A stretch of DNA of 58,409 bases, taken from NCBI GenBank assembly GCA_028873525.1, contig JAGWIM010000003.1, positions 1-58,409 of the forward strand, read 5' to 3'. The DNA is from Pseudomonadota bacterium (GTDB taxonomy: Bacteria > Pseudomonadota > Alphaproteobacteria > Rickettsiales > SXRF01). Shown here one piece after another: positions 58,406 through 58,409 of this stretch. How positions within the stretch are numbered: the stretch's first letter is position 1; each line of letters opens with the position of its first letter. Both the position numbers and the translations under genes were made by a program. A model generated the notes under the pieces. It was not told the DNA's origin, did no database searches, and was given only the letters and a program-made list of their open reading frames with translations.

Positions 58406-58409
58406 GGAG

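Overview
GC-rich alphaproteobacterial chromosome segment, mostly housekeeping genes: panB, mug, lhgO, greA, carAB, phaZ, cyaY, an arnT-arnB-arnC-arnA-like aminoarabinose cluster, transporters, cspA, typA, uvrB, rnd, aspS, ubiG, lysC, ispG-hisS-prfA-prmC, clpB and rpsL-rpsG-fusA-tuf. I found no rRNA, tRNA, CRISPR array, transposase or prophage. The main feature is about 25 short palindromic elements from at least five unrelated families. About half sit in frame inside conserved enzymes (carA x2, carB x2, ubiG x2, prmC, cyaY, arnT, an ABC exporter, a nitronate monooxygenase, a DUF3108 protein). Others supply gene starts, stops or terminal peptides (lhgO, mug, hisS). One family keeps its architecture (about 4 heptamers per arm around an A/T-rich loop) but not its sequence. 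Separately, three orphan genes share a Pho-box-like 11-bp-period direct repeat at the same position relative to a -10-like hexamer. CarB ends in an antitoxin-like tail, orphan ORFs interrupt the str operon, and AT-rich patches occur inside aspS, hisS and uvrB. Protein family calls come from motif recognition only; no searches were run.
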